Notes: a model not told the origin generated them from the letters alone. A stretch of 64,000 bases of DNA from an uncultured Nitrososphaeraceae archaeon (GCA_963825865.1 CAWGVG010000008.1:1-64000); one strand, 5' to 3'; shown: positions 26,099 through 39,046, counted from the first letter of the stretch. Numbers and translations are program-made.

Positions 26099-27282
26099 AT
26101 GCCAGTCAAGTTATCTACAACAGTTAACAAAATCTCTTTGATAGGTAATTCTACTAATGTATCTCTAATCCAAGACTTCTATGAATATTTGAAAAATACT
26201 GGTGCCTCTGAAAAACACATAAATAATAATCTTAAAGCTATCATGAACTTTGCAAATCATATTGACCCTGATGCTACTTTTTTTGATATCAAAAGGACAG
26301 AGCAAATTATCAAATTTCTAGATACGAAAATTAAAACCATCGAAGAAGATCCTGATGCGAGATGGATTACTACTTGGAACCATTACTTAAGCCATATAAA
26401 ATATTTTTTTAGGTGGCTCTATAACGCCTATCACAAGAAAAATTCCGAAAGTTTTTCTGCTGTTAACGAGAGTTGTTATGATTGTCCTTCATCTTTCTAT
26501 GATTGGCAAACACCTTCGTTTATCCAAATTAGAAAAAAGAAGACAAAACGAACCAGTCCTTATTTAGAGACAGAATTGTGGGAACGTGACGAACTTTTAT
26601 GTATTCTAAAATACGAGCCATCAAAACGTAATAAAGCTGCTTTGACATTATTTTGGGATTTGGATGCAAGAAATCATGAGGTCACTTTATTAAAAATTAA
26701 ACACATAAGATTGAAAGAGCGTTATGGTGAGGGAGAAATTCCTCATGAAGCAAAGACTGGAACTGGCCCTATATTACTGACATGTTCAAAACTAAAAAAT
26801 GGAATCCATATTGCATAAGACATTCTGCTATCACTTCCGATTCTGATTACTTACCTGAATATGCTCTAAAGAAAAAAGTAAGATGGTCTATGAATTCAAA
26901 GCAAAGCGCTAGGTACATCAAGAGAAGGATGGGTAATGATTTAAAGCAGAAAATACTTGTTCAAAATGGCATTATTTCAGAACAAGAGTTAGAGAAGAAA
27001 CCATCAATTCTTAATTGTCCGAGATGCAGTTTGGTTAATGCAATAGAAAACAAGTACTGTTCTAAATGCAGTTATCCATTAGTTCCGTCTGCATTTGACG
27101 AAATCAAGGATGCTGAAAATAAAAAGATTCAACAAATACAAGACAAATACGAACAAGATATGCAAAAAATGCGTGAAGAGATGCATCAGAACTTTAGTCA
27201 GATCATATCATTGATAAATCAAAATCCACAATTGGCAAACATTAAACCAGAAGTTTTATCAAAGAAAGTGATGATAGAATAG
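26099..27282 (+). pseudogene. Tyrosine recombinase/integrase with C-terminal Zn ribbon, broken at ~26787
   Basis: SAM-like N-domain, DARNHE, AKTG, CIRHSAIT, ARY, CPRC...CSKC; LLTCS jumps out of frame directly to KTKKWNPY. Confidence 0.9.
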
Positions 27283-27629
27283 AAATAAAAATAAGGCTCA
27301 AACATTGTCATCATATGTAATTTGTTCGGTTTTGGGTTTGTAGTTTGATTCTGGCATATTTTCCAATACTATCCTCCAATCTTTTAGGTCTTTGTTATAA
27401 TAAGTAGGATATATCAGCGGCAGTATAGGATAACTTATCTTCCAAAGTAGATCTAGAACTGGCTCTGCATAACGACTTAACCCATATTCTTCAAACGTTT
27501 CTAGCATAGAACGGATGTGAACGTCAAGAAATTGATCTAGAGAAGCAAAAAGCTGGCCGATTAAGCCAAAAGGAGGCTAATTCTGCTCCAGTCTCTGCAG
27601 CACCAGAGAAGAAAGAAGAAGAAGAAATT

Positions 27630-27935
27630 ATGATTGATACTCAAGGAAAACCTATTGGGAAAGCTACTACACAACCACTAACTACAACGAAGGCAACTGT
27701 TGCTCATTCTTCCCAAACATCTGATAATAGCGAAGATCAATTACAAAATGACGACAATCTATTGCACTTTGAATTTTTCATTCCGTCAAAAGATGTTCAA
27801 TATTATATATTTACACCTCTTGATGAAGGCGGAGATGTAGAAGACAAAGATCAGTTCTGGATCAATGGTATACTTGACAAACATACCGGTGAAGTCATTT
27901 CTGCCACTATAGGAAGAAGATCACGACCGGAGTAG
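27630..27935 (+). CDS. Hypothetical protein
   Basis: 101 aa ORF downstream of the integrase; may be a 3' fragment. Confidence 0.4.
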   Translation: MIDTQGKPIGKATTQPLTTTKATVAHSSQTSDNSEDQLQNDDNLLHFEFFIPSKDVQYYIFTPLDEGGDVEDKDQFWINGILDKHTGEVISATIGRRSRPE

Positions 27936-27944
27936 AAGTACGAG

Positions 27945-28250
27945 ATGAGTCTCTTTTATTTTTACCATAATAAGGTGTTTCGAAGCCCAGAGTCAGCAGT
28001 AGTCCATTGGAGTTCAATAGGTTGTGATAGTTCACAAATGAACTCTAGATTGTCATTATATCAATCAGACAAATTTAAAGGCTGTAACAGAAGAGGCTGT
28101 AACCAGAAACCAATCAAGTATTTGAGAATAAAATACGTTAACAAAATTGGGAGTTTCTGCGATAGATGTGTTAATGATTTGTTGGAGTCTGAACTTGCAG
28201 AGGATATAGGAGAAAGTACCAGCTTCCGTCCTTCGGTGGAGGTCATCTAA
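27945..28250 (+). CDS. Small Cys-containing hypothetical protein
   Basis: CNRRGC...FCDRC; stop abuts the next ATG. Confidence 0.5.
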   Translation: MSLFYFYHNKVFRSPESAVVHWSSIGCDSSQMNSRLSLYQSDKFKGCNRRGCNQKPIKYLRIKYVNKIGSFCDRCVNDLLESELAEDIGESTSFRPSVEVI

Positions 28251-28755
28251 ATGGAATCTTTCCCGACATCCAGTAAATCTGAAAGGGCTAAAGATTCCGA
28301 CAATACACTACAAGTGGACAACAAATTTACACCACTAGTGTTAGTGCCACAACAACTTTTTGGCCGGAATTATATCTCAGCAAATGGGATGAACGAGCTA
28401 GCAATTAGGACCAAGAAAGGAAAAGGAATAACATTGCAGTATTTAATCGAAAAGGGTCTTGTACAGCATAAAAGACAAGCCCAAGATACACTGAAGTACC
28501 ATCTCAGAAAAGGAACAGTATTTACATTAGGGGACAAAAGACCTCAGCAGTACTATCCTACTGCTATTAAATCTGAAATAATTCAAAATCAACAAAGGAA
28601 TACACCAATACATCCCACAGGGGTAGGCATGCTATCACTGTCTCCTCTCTCGCAATCTTTCGAGTATATGACAATTCATACCTTGGAAGGATATGTTCTT
28701 CCACTACTTCCAAAAGCACTTCTGTTTATCCATAACATGCATTTCAAAACAAAGC
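28251..28755 (+). pseudogene. Putative winged-helix protein of an integrated element, 3'-truncated
   Basis: GITLQYLI...AQDTLKY...RPQQYYP...IHNMHFK, then sequence character changes abruptly. Confidence 0.5.
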
Positions 28756-28914
28756 GCATCAGCATTCACGATAGGAGCAACAGGATAGCACATAGTATAT
28801 GCATACACCTTGACTACAAGTCACCTAAAGAGGCAGATAAAGATCTAAATATCCAGAATTGGCTAAAAAAGGTTATTTGATAGATTATGTAATAATATAC
28901 TTATCTATTGATAA

Positions 28915-29358
28915 ATGAAGACATTAGATGTCAGATCTGCAACTGATGAATACATGTCTACTCATTCACTTACATTTTCTACACCGGATTTGATATTAAA
29001 AGAATTTGTGATATGGCTGTGTGAGCAAGTAAGCACTAGAGACGAAAAAGAACAGATTCCAAGGATAATGCTTTATCTTAAAGATAAGGATGATAGACAT
29101 GGTAAAGGGGAAAAAGAGTCACTATATCAAAAAGATACAATAATTAATCAACGTAACACAGTTACAGAGGTTTATGGTGGATTATCAACACCACCACCAT
29201 CCTCATCTAACCTTAGCGGCAACGTAATTTCCTCAAAACCAAGTCCATCGAATAGGGAACCACACAATAAGCCAGAATCCAAATTTTGCATTGAATGTGG
29301 GTCAAAGCTTAAGACAAGATCCAAATTCTGTATAAAATGCGGAACCAAACAAGAATGA
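28915..29358 (+). CDS. Double zinc-ribbon domain protein
   Basis: C-terminal FCIECG...FCIKCGTKQ. Confidence 0.7.
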   Translation: MKTLDVRSATDEYMSTHSLTFSTPDLILKEFVIWLCEQVSTRDEKEQIPRIMLYLKDKDDRHGKGEKESLYQKDTIINQRNTVTEVYGGLSTPPPSSSNLSGNVISSKPSPSNREPHNKPESKFCIECGSKLKTRSKFCIKCGTKQE

Positions 29359-29566
29359 GAAGATTAAACGAATGTAATTGCGGCTCGTTGAAGTAACTTA
29401 CTATAAATATATATGATGATATTTTTATCCGTGTTGAAGCTCAAACAGAGTAATATCAGAGTTTACTAAAATTCTACTTACCTGATCCTCCAATTCAAGT
29501 GATGGGTCCCAATTTGTTGTGGCATATTGGTGGTGGGGAAGGAGGGATACCACAGATTATTTTATA

Positions 29567-29790
29567 CTAAAGCATCGTTTCTGTAGATAACTCTGATTGC
29601 TTCCAAAGTCCTTCAAGTATAGAAACATATGATAGAACATCGTATGAGTTCTCAGCAAAGTCATCCTTTGTTTCTATAATTAAACAATCTTTTTTGTCGA
29701 TTAACATAATTGTAATTCTAAAACGTAAACTCTCATCGGCAATTAGAAATGTACATGCAATAGAGGCTTTAGATATGACGGCTAAAGTAG
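29567..29790 (-). pseudogene. Sensor histidine kinase, internal fragment
   Basis: ITIMLIDKKDCLIIETKDD...SYVSILEGLWKQSEL parallels SYVAIFENLWVQSDL of the kinase at 34228. Confidence 0.6.
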
Positions 29791-30079
29791 ATCCAAATTC
29801 GGGAAATATCAAAGAATATAGAATAGGAATAAAATTAGCGTTTGGTGTTGAAAGGTAATAATAACAATATGGTGCGCGAAAGTATCTACTAATCAAAAAC
29901 AATGAATCTTTCTGCTGCATATGGGGATAGTCTCAATGTCTCATCCAGGTGACAGTCGCGACTGATCCAACTGGGACCAGCGTGACAAAGTCCTGGGGTC
30001 AGGTGTAATTTTTGGAATTGAACGGCTCACCTGCGCTTTTTGTGTCGTGACTACCATGCAGTATCGTTAGTGCCATAGG

Positions 30080-30230
30080 TAAGTAAGTATGACTACGTTG
30101 TGCCCCTAGAGTATACTGAGAATAATCTGTAACAAACGGAACAGGGAATTAATATTATCCTTGAAATCTTCAAACACCCAGATTGGTCTTCCCGCTCCCG
30201 CAGCAACCCCTGCTTCAAAAACGTTATGAG
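30080..30230 (-). pseudogene. C-terminal half of TIR-domain gene (N-half at 52422)
   Basis: Hand translation from the IS end: THNVFEAGVAAGAGRPIWVFEDFKDNIN/FPVPFVTDYSQYTL, including the TIR catalytic Glu region. Confidence 0.7.
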
Positions 30231-30232
30231 TA

Positions 30233-31276
30233 GATCTCTTGCGTAATTAGCAGCTATAGTCTAACACCCTACTTGTTTTAGCCGTCTTCTTAGATTGAAA
30301 TGCTGTCAGACTGTATAACTCTGAAGTTCAGGAGACCGGATATTATATCAGATACGTTATTGTACTTCCTTAATCTGTTTCTAAATTTAGTACCCATTAT
30401 TCCAAACTTTTTGATCTTACATATGGTATGTTCTACTATGATCCTTAGCCTAGAATGATTCTTGTTGTAAGTTCTTTCATCACATGAAAGCAATGTACCC
30501 TTTTTCTTTTTGATACGAAGTACAGACTTTACAGTGGGAAAGTCCTTTTCAATGCCAAGATAACCAAGATCAACTATGTTTTCAACTTGTGATGGAGTTA
30601 TAGAATGATTGTGTTTGTAAATGTCATAATCATGTTTTCTTCCACTTCTGTGACCTGTCTTATGCAGTATCAATCCTTCACTGTTTACCATCAATTGTGT
30701 CTTGACAGTATGTTTCTTCTTTCTACCTGAATAGTAACTCTTCCTTCTTCTTTTGTTCTTAGGTCTTGGAATTTCTTGTTCTGTAGAGTCTATGAAAGCC
30801 TTGAATCCAGGAAAGTACTCTTCTACTTCATCTATAGTTCTTAATCTCCTAGTACGTTTGTATATCTTCTTTGGCAATGGAATACACTCCTTGATAAGTG
30901 GTTCCATCATTGATATATCTCTACAAACATTGCTTTGATCAAGGTCAAACAGAAATCCTGATAATGTATATGTAATGTATAATCTGTAGTATACTAGAAG
31001 CATAACGAATCTTTCTTTAACTTTAAGCTTAAATGGTCTACCAGCACCTATATCCCGTATTCTCGTCCTTGATAGAAGACGTCTTCTTTCGTGCTCTTCG
31101 TAGTTATGTTCAATTTCGTTACAAATGGATTCAAATTCAGATACAGTTACTCCGGTAAATGACCTGAATATCAAAGGTTTCTTACATAATTTGCTATAGG
31201 ACATCAAAGAGCTTGTCAGATAGATATCCTATGTGAAGAGGAATATAGCTCTAAGCTTCTAATTACACAAGAGATC
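30233..31276 (-). mobile_element. IS5-family (ISL2/IS112-like) insertion sequence, copy 1, 1044 bp
   Basis: 18-bp terminal IR GATCTCTTG(C/T)GTAATTAG, TA on both flanks, intact transposase. Confidence 0.95.
30290..31207 (-). CDS. DDE transposase (HTH_Tnp_4 + DDE_Tnp_4 type)
   Basis: FIDSTEQ, YYSGRKKKHTVK, HD, VDLGYLG, RIIVEHTI. Confidence 0.95.
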   Translation of the reverse strand: MMSYSKLCKKPLIFRSFTGVTVSEFESICNEIEHNYEEHERRRLLSRTRIRDIGAGRPFKLKVKERFVMLLVYYRLYITYTLSGFLFDLDQSNVCRDISMMEPLIKECIPLPKKIYKRTRRLRTIDEVEEYFPGFKAFIDSTEQEIPRPKNKRRRKSYYSGRKKKHTVKTQLMVNSEGLILHKTGHRSGRKHDYDIYKHNHSITPSQVENIVDLGYLGIEKDFPTVKSVLRIKKKKGTLLSCDERTYNKNHSRLRIIVEHTICKIKKFGIMGTKFRNRLRKYNNVSDIISGLLNFRVIQSDSISI

Positions 31277-31278
31277 TA

Positions 31279-31475
31279 ATATACTCAGTTGGTGATACTT
31301 GTATCTGTAATTGTGTACAGAATTGCTCCAAAGTAGGTATACCCTGTAATAGTTGTCTTATTTGTTCAGCGTTAAGGAACTTAGTGTAACATTGTTCGCA
31401 AGTTAGTTTTACTGGGTGTGCTTGTGCTGCCGCTGCTCCTTCCTGTGTACAAGTTGCATTTTCACCTGGATGAGC
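31279..31475 (-). pseudogene. Middle part of modular secreted protein (C-terminus at 53701)
   Basis: HPGENATCTQEG identical to the motif in the 54122 gene, then TCEQCYTKFL...LEQFC...PTEYI cut by the IS. Confidence 0.75.
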
Positions 31476-31832
31476 TTCCACAACTTCATTTTTTACCACT
31501 CTTTCTTAACATAGTCTTTTAGTCCTGTAAAGTCAATCATGACACAAAGCTCATCTACAACAACTCATGCATTATGTCCTGGATGAATACAGCGATATCT
31601 ACAGGTCAGTCTTCATCTTCTCTTTTATCATCCACTACAACTTTAATTCTCCTGAGATTATTACTCTGATGTATGAGGAGCCTTACAGTCATACGTTAAA
31701 TCATGACGCTATCTTCGACATATTCCAGATACCTGATAAGATAAACCAGATCTATAGACTTTTTTTATAAGTACTCATATGTTGTAGATTTCTCTTGCTC
31801 CACTATTACGTAATAGTGCTGATTGTCAATCT

Positions 31833-33050
31833 TTAATTATCCTGCTCCTCGTTATCAATTTCTGGTTGAATAAATGTATTTTCTTTTCTACATGTGCGAG
31901 TCTGATTAACGGCTGCTGCTCCTGCTATTGGACGTGATCCCATATGACTTTGTTGTTGTTCATTAGATGGTGGCAGCATTGGGAATGATGATGGTAATGG
32001 TGATTTGCTAAAAGTGCAATCAGTGATAACTTTGTTTATGCTATCTTTTACTAATTTATTGAAAAGTTTTTGAGCTTCGTCTACTATCAGAGCCATATTA
32101 GCTTCCGTATTATAGTCTGGTGATGAGTCTGTTGTGATTGTTGTTGTATTCGTCCTCCATACATATAGGAGGCAGTGTAATCCTGGCCATCACTGTTGTA
32201 ACAATCTATTATTGAAGGAAGCATATTGTAAAAAAGTGACGTAAATCTTTCTGGGTTATTTGTTATGGACTCAGTTATTGACAAAAGCGCATATCTTAGC
32301 AACACTTTTACGTTTGAAATAACACCAAGTACTTCTTCTCCAACAGATTTTATGACTTTGAAATATTCTTCGTTATTGTCCTGAAAGTCATTTACAAGTG
32401 CTTCTAGATTCATCTTTTTTTGGTGTAGCTCAGCCATGTGTCTCTTTTCTTGTTCACAGGATAAACTACAAGAGTCCAATGTATTCTGTAAATCTGATAT
32501 ATGGTCGCTCAACTCCTGAAGAGTTCTGGCTGAATTCTGATTACCTGGCTTGTAAGGATGCTTCTTCTCTTTTGAGCTTTTCACACCTATATTCCACTGA
32601 TGATAGATCATCATTAGCAATTGTAAGAAGTCTGACCACCTGTTGTGCATCCATACGTGCCACCTTAGACAAAATGTACAAATTTACAAAAGGGTCAATG
32701 TCATCTTTAATTTTATCATAAATCCGACAAAGACTGTCAAGCTGAGTTAAGCTTGCAGTACTCCATATAGTATTTGTTTACTTCAGGCTCTCTTAGGTTC
32801 AATGCAATAGCTACTTGTGCCAGAGATTCTACGTTCAGAAAATAGCTTGTAAGCTTGAGAGGATATAGACATCTTTTCTGTATTGCTCTCCCTGGGCTTT
32901 ATTCTCTTTCTCTGCTTTTTTCAGAATGGCTCCTATCGCGCTAAATGACATCCTGGCTTCTTCAGCTATCTCACGTGTGTTTTTACCTTGATTGTATAAT
33001 CTAGAACAAGTCTTTCCCTTTGCTGTCTTGTTAATACCATCTAACTTGTT
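31833..33050 (-). pseudogene. HTH plus coiled-coil protein, multiple frameshifts
   Basis: LYNQGKNTREIAEEARMSFSAIGAILKK (HTH), second HTH-like segment and coiled coil across ORFs 32835, 32087, 31833. Confidence 0.6.
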
Positions 33051-33374
33051 TAATATATACACAATAAAAATAAAACAAAGAGCTGCTACCACCTGCTACC
33101 AATGTTGTTTCTCCTGCTCCCTCCTTATTACTGCCTGTTTTCATCTGTTTCCACCTGCTACCAGTTATTTCTAGTTTGAACTTAATATGCTAGCGATGTG
33201 TGTTGATCAGATAGACTAATCTTCATTATGACATACTCACAGAAAACACTAACTCCATTTGTGTCACTTATTTTTCACAATAAGAATCTTGTCAGTCCTG
33301 ATGATTTATGCAAGCAAATCAAATGTGAAAAATGTATATACACATGATCTGTATTGACTAACTTAAGATAGAAA

Positions 33375-34230
33375 TCCTCGGAGATTCTCCACAAACAAGA
33401 GGAAAAACCTTTGAAAGACTGATGGTAATAATACTTGATAAATTAGGTTACATTGACTTTATGCCTAATGTACGAACTACTGGCATGGAGCTTGATATAC
33501 TTGCAAAACACAAGGTTACTAAAGAGCAAATTTTATGTGAATGCAAGGCGCATGATCATGAAATAGGGCCACAAGATCTCAACGACTTCTTTGGAAAACT
33601 TAATCATCAGCGTTCTAATAATCCATCTCTTAATGGTCTATTCTTCTCAGTTTCGGGCTTCTCAGGCAGTGCTATAAAATATCACAGAGAACTAAGTGAT
33701 ACTGACAAAGAGAATTTTAGAATATATGGAAATAGTGAAATAATAGATATTCTGAGAAACGCCAACCTATTTGCTTCGGATGAAAAACTCGACAACAAAA
33801 TCAAAGATAATGCAGCAGATTATTCCATCGGGGAAAGATATATTGTGTACTCTTGAATCAGGAATTTATGTAATTCAGTTATTACTAATTGGTGGAAAGC
33901 CCCATAGTTACATTATTCTTACAAGAGAAGGAGATCTGGTCGATAAAACTATACAAGATGAAATTGCAAGACTAGACAGTACTATAAACTCTCTAACTAT
34001 AATTGACTTACCAATTTTGGAAAAGATAATACTCAACCTACTTGATTTCAACAAAAAGACATCAAGCCAAGTTTCACAGGAAATTGTACAAACAAGGCAA
34101 GATGTTGAAGTTGCTCTGCAAGAACTAATACATCAGAAAATAGTTTGTGAAGAATCACTATCTAACTCAGAGAGACTAATTGGTATTAATAGAGATCTAG
34201 AGACGCTTACAAAACTAGTGAAAAAATTCT
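33375..34230 (+). pseudogene. Mrr-like PD-(D/E)xK restriction endonuclease fusion, frameshifted and 3'-truncated
   Basis: RGKTFE, GMELDILA, LCECKAH, SVSGFS; second ORF with wHTH-like segment ends at the junction with a kinase. Confidence 0.75.
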
Positions 34231-34996
34231 AATAGCAAAGCAGGAGTTTCATCTTATGTAGCCATATTTGAGAATCTTTGGGTACAATCTGATTTGTATG
34301 AGCAGCTAAAAATCAATGATAAGATGCAAAAGGAGTTTATCAATATAGCAGCCCATGAATTACGAACTCCCATTCAACCAATACTTGGCTTAACACAAGT
34401 TCTTTAATAAAATAAAAGATAGTGAACATCTTGAATTACTAGAAGTCGTCATTAAGAATGCAAGAAGGTTGCAGAGACTTACTGAAGATATTTTAGATGT
34501 TACAAAAATAGAAAGCCAATCACTAAATCTTAGGAAAGAAAAACTAAACCTAAATGATATGGTGGCAGTGGCTCTAGATGACTATAAGGATGAAATTGGA
34601 AAAACTAATGGTAAGTTGAAATTAGTGTACGAAGATAAAGAAAATGATAATACTCTTATTGTGGAAGCAGACAAAAATAGACTTTTCCAGGTTTTGGGTA
34701 ATCTGTTAGCTAATGCAGTTAAATTCACCAAAGAAGGAGATATATCTGTGTCGATAGAAAAAAAAGACACTCAGGCTATAGTTAGTATAAAGGATACAGG
34801 TACAGGAATAGATCCTGAAATATATTCGAGGTTATTTACAAAGTTTACATCAAAATCCGTTACAGGTACCGGCTTAGGGTTGTATGTATCAAAGGGTATT
34901 GTAGAAGCTCATGGTGGTAGAATATGGGCTGAGAACAATGCTGATGGCAGAAAAGGTGCTACATTTTACTTTAGCCTACCGTTAAGGAAACAGTAG
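34228..34996 (+). pseudogene. Histidine kinase HisKA + HATPase_c, 5'-truncated
   Basis: AAHELRTPIQPI, NLLANAVKFT, DTGTGI, GTGLGL; frameshift near 34405; no start or sensor region. Confidence 0.9.
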
Positions 34997-35867
34997 ATAT
35001 GATTTATTAATTTTAATAACATAGTGATTAATACTATAGTGATAAGGAAGCCTTTTTACAACTCTTCTGCCAGATATCCTAGACTACGATTACTCCATTT
35101 CCGAAGGTATCGTAATGGTCGGAAGCTTAACTGACGATATTATCGATATCCAACTGGCCGTCTTAACGAATGGACGAGTGACTACGGACAAAGTAGGCCC
35201 CCATCAAGACCTGCTTGCAACGTCCCCTTATTTAGGCTCTCCACATCCAAATGCCAGCTAACTGCACTCCACTTCCTTCCAGAGAGGATATTGCAATGCT
35301 GAAGTTTTTTTTGCCAATGCAAAATACCAAATGAAGTTTCAACGTTACTTACCCAGGGAAAATCAGGACTATCAAATTTTTTACAACTATATTCTAGATT
35401 TCTGATAACATTCAACGTATGAGGCAAAGCATGATACTTTAATCCAAGCGCCATACTTGATAGATTGAGCTTGGAAATGTGACCAGATCTAGAAAGAATA
35501 TATAGTTTGTTGACCGGGAGGCCAACAATACTTTCATCCTTAAGAGCCTCTACAATCCTATTTTGCTTGTCTATTATCTTATCAATTTCTTGTGAATAAT
35601 AGGAGAACTTTTGATTAAGCATTTTCATATACATATACTCGGTGCTAAATAACACAAATATTGCTACTTAGATTTTCTATTGCTTTAATTTTGTATCCTG
35701 ATACTGCGTTAGTGAAAGGTTTTTTTACATTACTGTAGCTATTCTTATTATTGGTAATAGTATAGAACTTTTATTATATCAAAATGATCCTTTTTTACAA
35801 CCAAATCAAATAGTCGATTGCTGCGACGATGGTTATACCCAAATGGATAAAGAACTCAATATTACCA

Positions 35868-36025
35868 ACATTGCATAACATTCTTTTGCTAAGGCTAAAG
35901 CTTTGATCTTGTCACTCATTATACTGTTGTCTGTCTGGGACAAAGTCCACGCTTCTTTTAGAATACTGTTTAACCTACCAAGACATCTCATACTCTTCTG
36001 GCAGCCTTTCATCAATGTATCTCTT
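35868..36025 (-). pseudogene. Internal fragment of HTH/small-terminase-like protein
   Basis: YIDERLPEEYE/..LNSILKEAW...KIKALALAKECYAM. Confidence 0.55.
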
Positions 36026-36336
36026 CTCTTCTCATCCTTTTCTTTGATTATTTAAGAGCGTGGCACTTAATCTCTAGCGTTATGCCAGAGGTTGTACTAT
36101 AGGGGATTAAAATCAGACATCATCTAAAAGAGAACTTCTACTATTAGATTTGTATATCATATATCAAGAAGTTACTTACAGTGGCTGTAACTAGTCAGTG
36201 ATAATTTACAATACTAGTAGTACTATCATCTAAATCTAAGTATATCTGTCTACAAGTTCTACACTTCAGCTAGCTACTTTACCGGCTCTATTTAGGTAGT
36301 TTTTGCAACAATCATCTGAGCAGAAGAATAGAACTC

Positions 36337-36381
36337 CCTTACTGGAGCTTGAGTACCTTACTGGAGCTTGAGGACCTTACT
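36337..36381. repeat. Direct repeat, period 19
   Basis: CCTTACTGGAGCTTGAG at 36337 and 36356, partial CCTTACT at 36375. Confidence 0.8.
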
Positions 36382-36501
36382 CCTTCAACTAGATCATTAA
36401 ACTCTTTTCCGCATGAATTACAAAGTATGTACATATTTTATCTTGTGTATACTCTAAGAGTATCTATAAAGCCACCTATATACAGTTGTATCACCATTTA
36501 A

Positions 36502-36759
<258 letters not shown>

Positions 36760-36883
36760 GTGATTCTTTTGAGCTAGTTCGTGTATTCCATACAGTGCGT
36801 AGTTAATAGTAACATTACCTTCCCCCAGCATGGGAAATACATACGCCACTGAGTTAATATATTTTAGATTGGTTCACACTTAC

Positions 36884-37250
36884 ATGAAGTTTGGCTTACA
36901 ACACCCAATTTTTAGTTTCGATTATAGTAACCATAATAATACTTCTCAGATTGTTGATTCCTTAAAGAATCTTGTTACAAGAGCAGAAAATATAGGTTTT
37001 GATTCGTTTTGGGTAATGGATCATTTCCATCAGATTCCGTTTATAGGAAAACCAGAAGAACCTATGCTTGAAGGTTGGACAACTCTATCTGTACTTGCAG
37101 GCATAACCTCAAAAATAAAGCTGGGAACGCTTGTTACAGGTGTAATATACAGATATCCATCAGTTTTAGCAAAAATTGCTGCCACACTAGACGTGCTAAG
37201 TAAAGGAAGACTGTTTATGGGAATAGGTGCTTCTTATTTTGAAGGGGAGA
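36884..37250 (+). pseudogene. LLM-class (probably F420-dependent) oxidoreductase, N-terminal fragment
   Basis: MKFGLQHP, GFDSFWVMDHFHQI, YRYPSVLAKIAATLDVLSKGRLFMGIGA; stops abruptly. Confidence 0.9.
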
Positions 37251-38018
37251 TCAGCTAAAGAAAATGTGGAGATAATATTTTCTGCAGCCAATGCATTCCA
37301 TATTCTATTCATATTTGAAAATGCTAGATCAATGGCTTGATACATACAAGAAATTCCGTAAGAGGTAATTAGGGTCTTTGTAAACGAGGAGTTGTTTCTT
37401 ACTAAATAATCAGAACGTTATTCATCATTATATGTTTTCTAATTTATGCAATTTACTGTAAATGCTTTGGGAACAACAATCGAAAAGCATATAGCTAAAA
37501 ATATAAAATAAATATGGTATTACTAATGAATAACGTTAAGAAAACATTGTCTTCCAAATCAGAATCAGAAATCTCATACCTGTAGCAATAAAAAAGATGA
37601 TTTTGTTACAATAACAGAAAAAATAAAACTAAAAAAGGATCAATACGAAATCCTAAAAATTATTTGTAATACATATCAGACTTCCCTTTCAGAATACATG
37701 CAAGAAGCATTAATTGAAGCAATGAAATTTGATATAGAAGAAGGTAACTTTTGCGATATTCTACTAGAGAAGATAGACGACGGTGACAAAAGTAAGAATA
37801 ATTCTGTTCCTTCTTCCCCTGTTCCCGGGGTTAGGTCCCTGCATATAGAGGGGTTCAATAGTCTAACGTATTAAGATTATTTTTCTTTTTCTGGAATAGA
37901 TCAAATCATTTGATCCTGTTGAATCTTTAGGTGTTATTTCAGTTGATTAAAAACAGTTGGTAAATCTAGTTCTGTCAAAAACTAAACTAAAAACTACTGA
38001 GCTAAAAAAACAAACATG

Positions 38019-38026
38019 TTTAAATA
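38019..38026 (+). promoter_or_regulatory. Archaeal TATA box
   Basis: TTTAAATA with A-rich upstream sequence, ~23 nt before the ATG at 38049 (leaderless spacing). Confidence 0.45.
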
Positions 38027-38048
38027 ATAATCTCAGGATGTTAAGGCT

Positions 38049-38285
38049 ATGCCAAAGTTCCTTGATGCTCATCCTCTGAAAGGTGTTGATGAAGAAACTT
38101 TAAGAAAAGCACAAAACTCTCCTAAAGATGAATTTGGAATCACACACGAGAACATGCTTTATAACAAAGAAGAAGACAAATGGTTTTGTCTCCTAGATGC
38201 TCCAAGTAAAGAAGCAGTTGAAAAGCATCACCAGAAAGCTGGTATCACCCCCGAATGGATTACAGAGGTAAAAACAACGACTTAA
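38049..38285 (+). CDS. DUF4242/SCO4226-like metal-binding protein
   Basis: MPKFLDAH...FCLLDAPSKEAVEKHH..AG..PEWITEV. Confidence 0.8.
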   Translation: MPKFLDAHPLKGVDEETLRKAQNSPKDEFGITHENMLYNKEEDKWFCLLDAPSKEAVEKHHQKAGITPEWITEVKTTT

Positions 38286-38558
38286 AGAAAGATACTATAA
38301 GCATATATCAGAAAAATAACAAAAGCTATTGCTGGATATAACATGTGATATATTTTTTAGTTTTCAGCATCCTTTATTTTAGCCAATGACAAGGCTTGTA
38401 TTCTTTCTCTGGCATCTTACTGCGTATTAGATTTATCATAGTGCATCAATCAATAACTTCTGTGTGTAATGTTACTTCATAAAAGTTACTTTATGCATTT
38501 CAGGATTATATTAAAAAAGAGTTAACTGTTAAAGTAAAGGCAGAAGCTGTTTAACAGT

Positions 38559-38871
38559 ATGAACAAATCGACAATTATAGAAGAAATGCAGCAAATCAGA
38601 CGGTTAAGAATAATGGGTACACCACATGATCAAATCAAAAAGAGATTAAAGCTATCTAATCCTCAATATGCAAAACGAGTTGCAAACATAAACAAAATAG
38701 ACAAAGAGTATATAGAAAACGAATTCCATGAAGAACTAGGCTCTGAAATACTAAACACGAAAGGCAGAATAGAATCTGTAATCCGAATGTGTGACCGTAT
38801 GATGTCAGATGACAATAGCGATCCCTTTGCAAGACTAGACGCAGGTAGATTAACTATACATTGTTCAATTG
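38559..38871 (+). pseudogene. HTH/small-terminase-like protein truncated by an IS6 end
   Basis: HTH (GTPHDQIKKRLKLS) plus helical region, same layout as the 40330 gene. Confidence 0.5.
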
Positions 38872-38985
38872 AGCTCTGTTCAATTGACCATACTTTCAAC
38901 AATCATTTTGTTATGCATATAGACACAAACAAATTCAGCCAATTCATTACATGCTCTAATTTGCAGTTATATTTTCTTCTTTCAT
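38872..38985 (-). mobile_element. IS6 right-end remnant
   Basis: rc encodes NCKLEHVMNWLNLFV (cf. CNLIHVYQWLILFI at 41213) and ends in TGAACAGAGCT. Confidence 0.65.
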
Positions 38986-39046
38986 TATTAATCATACTTA
39001 CTGCTATCTTCAAAACGATAAAACTTCAAACCATAAGTGTTAAAAA

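Noticed and set aside
35182-35655. 157 aa ORF
   Set aside because: Composition shifts midway, so probably a chimera of two fragments; no motif recognised.
36337-36381. Possible mini-CRISPR or iteron array
   Set aside because: Only two full copies separated by 2 bp; no rep or cas gene nearby.
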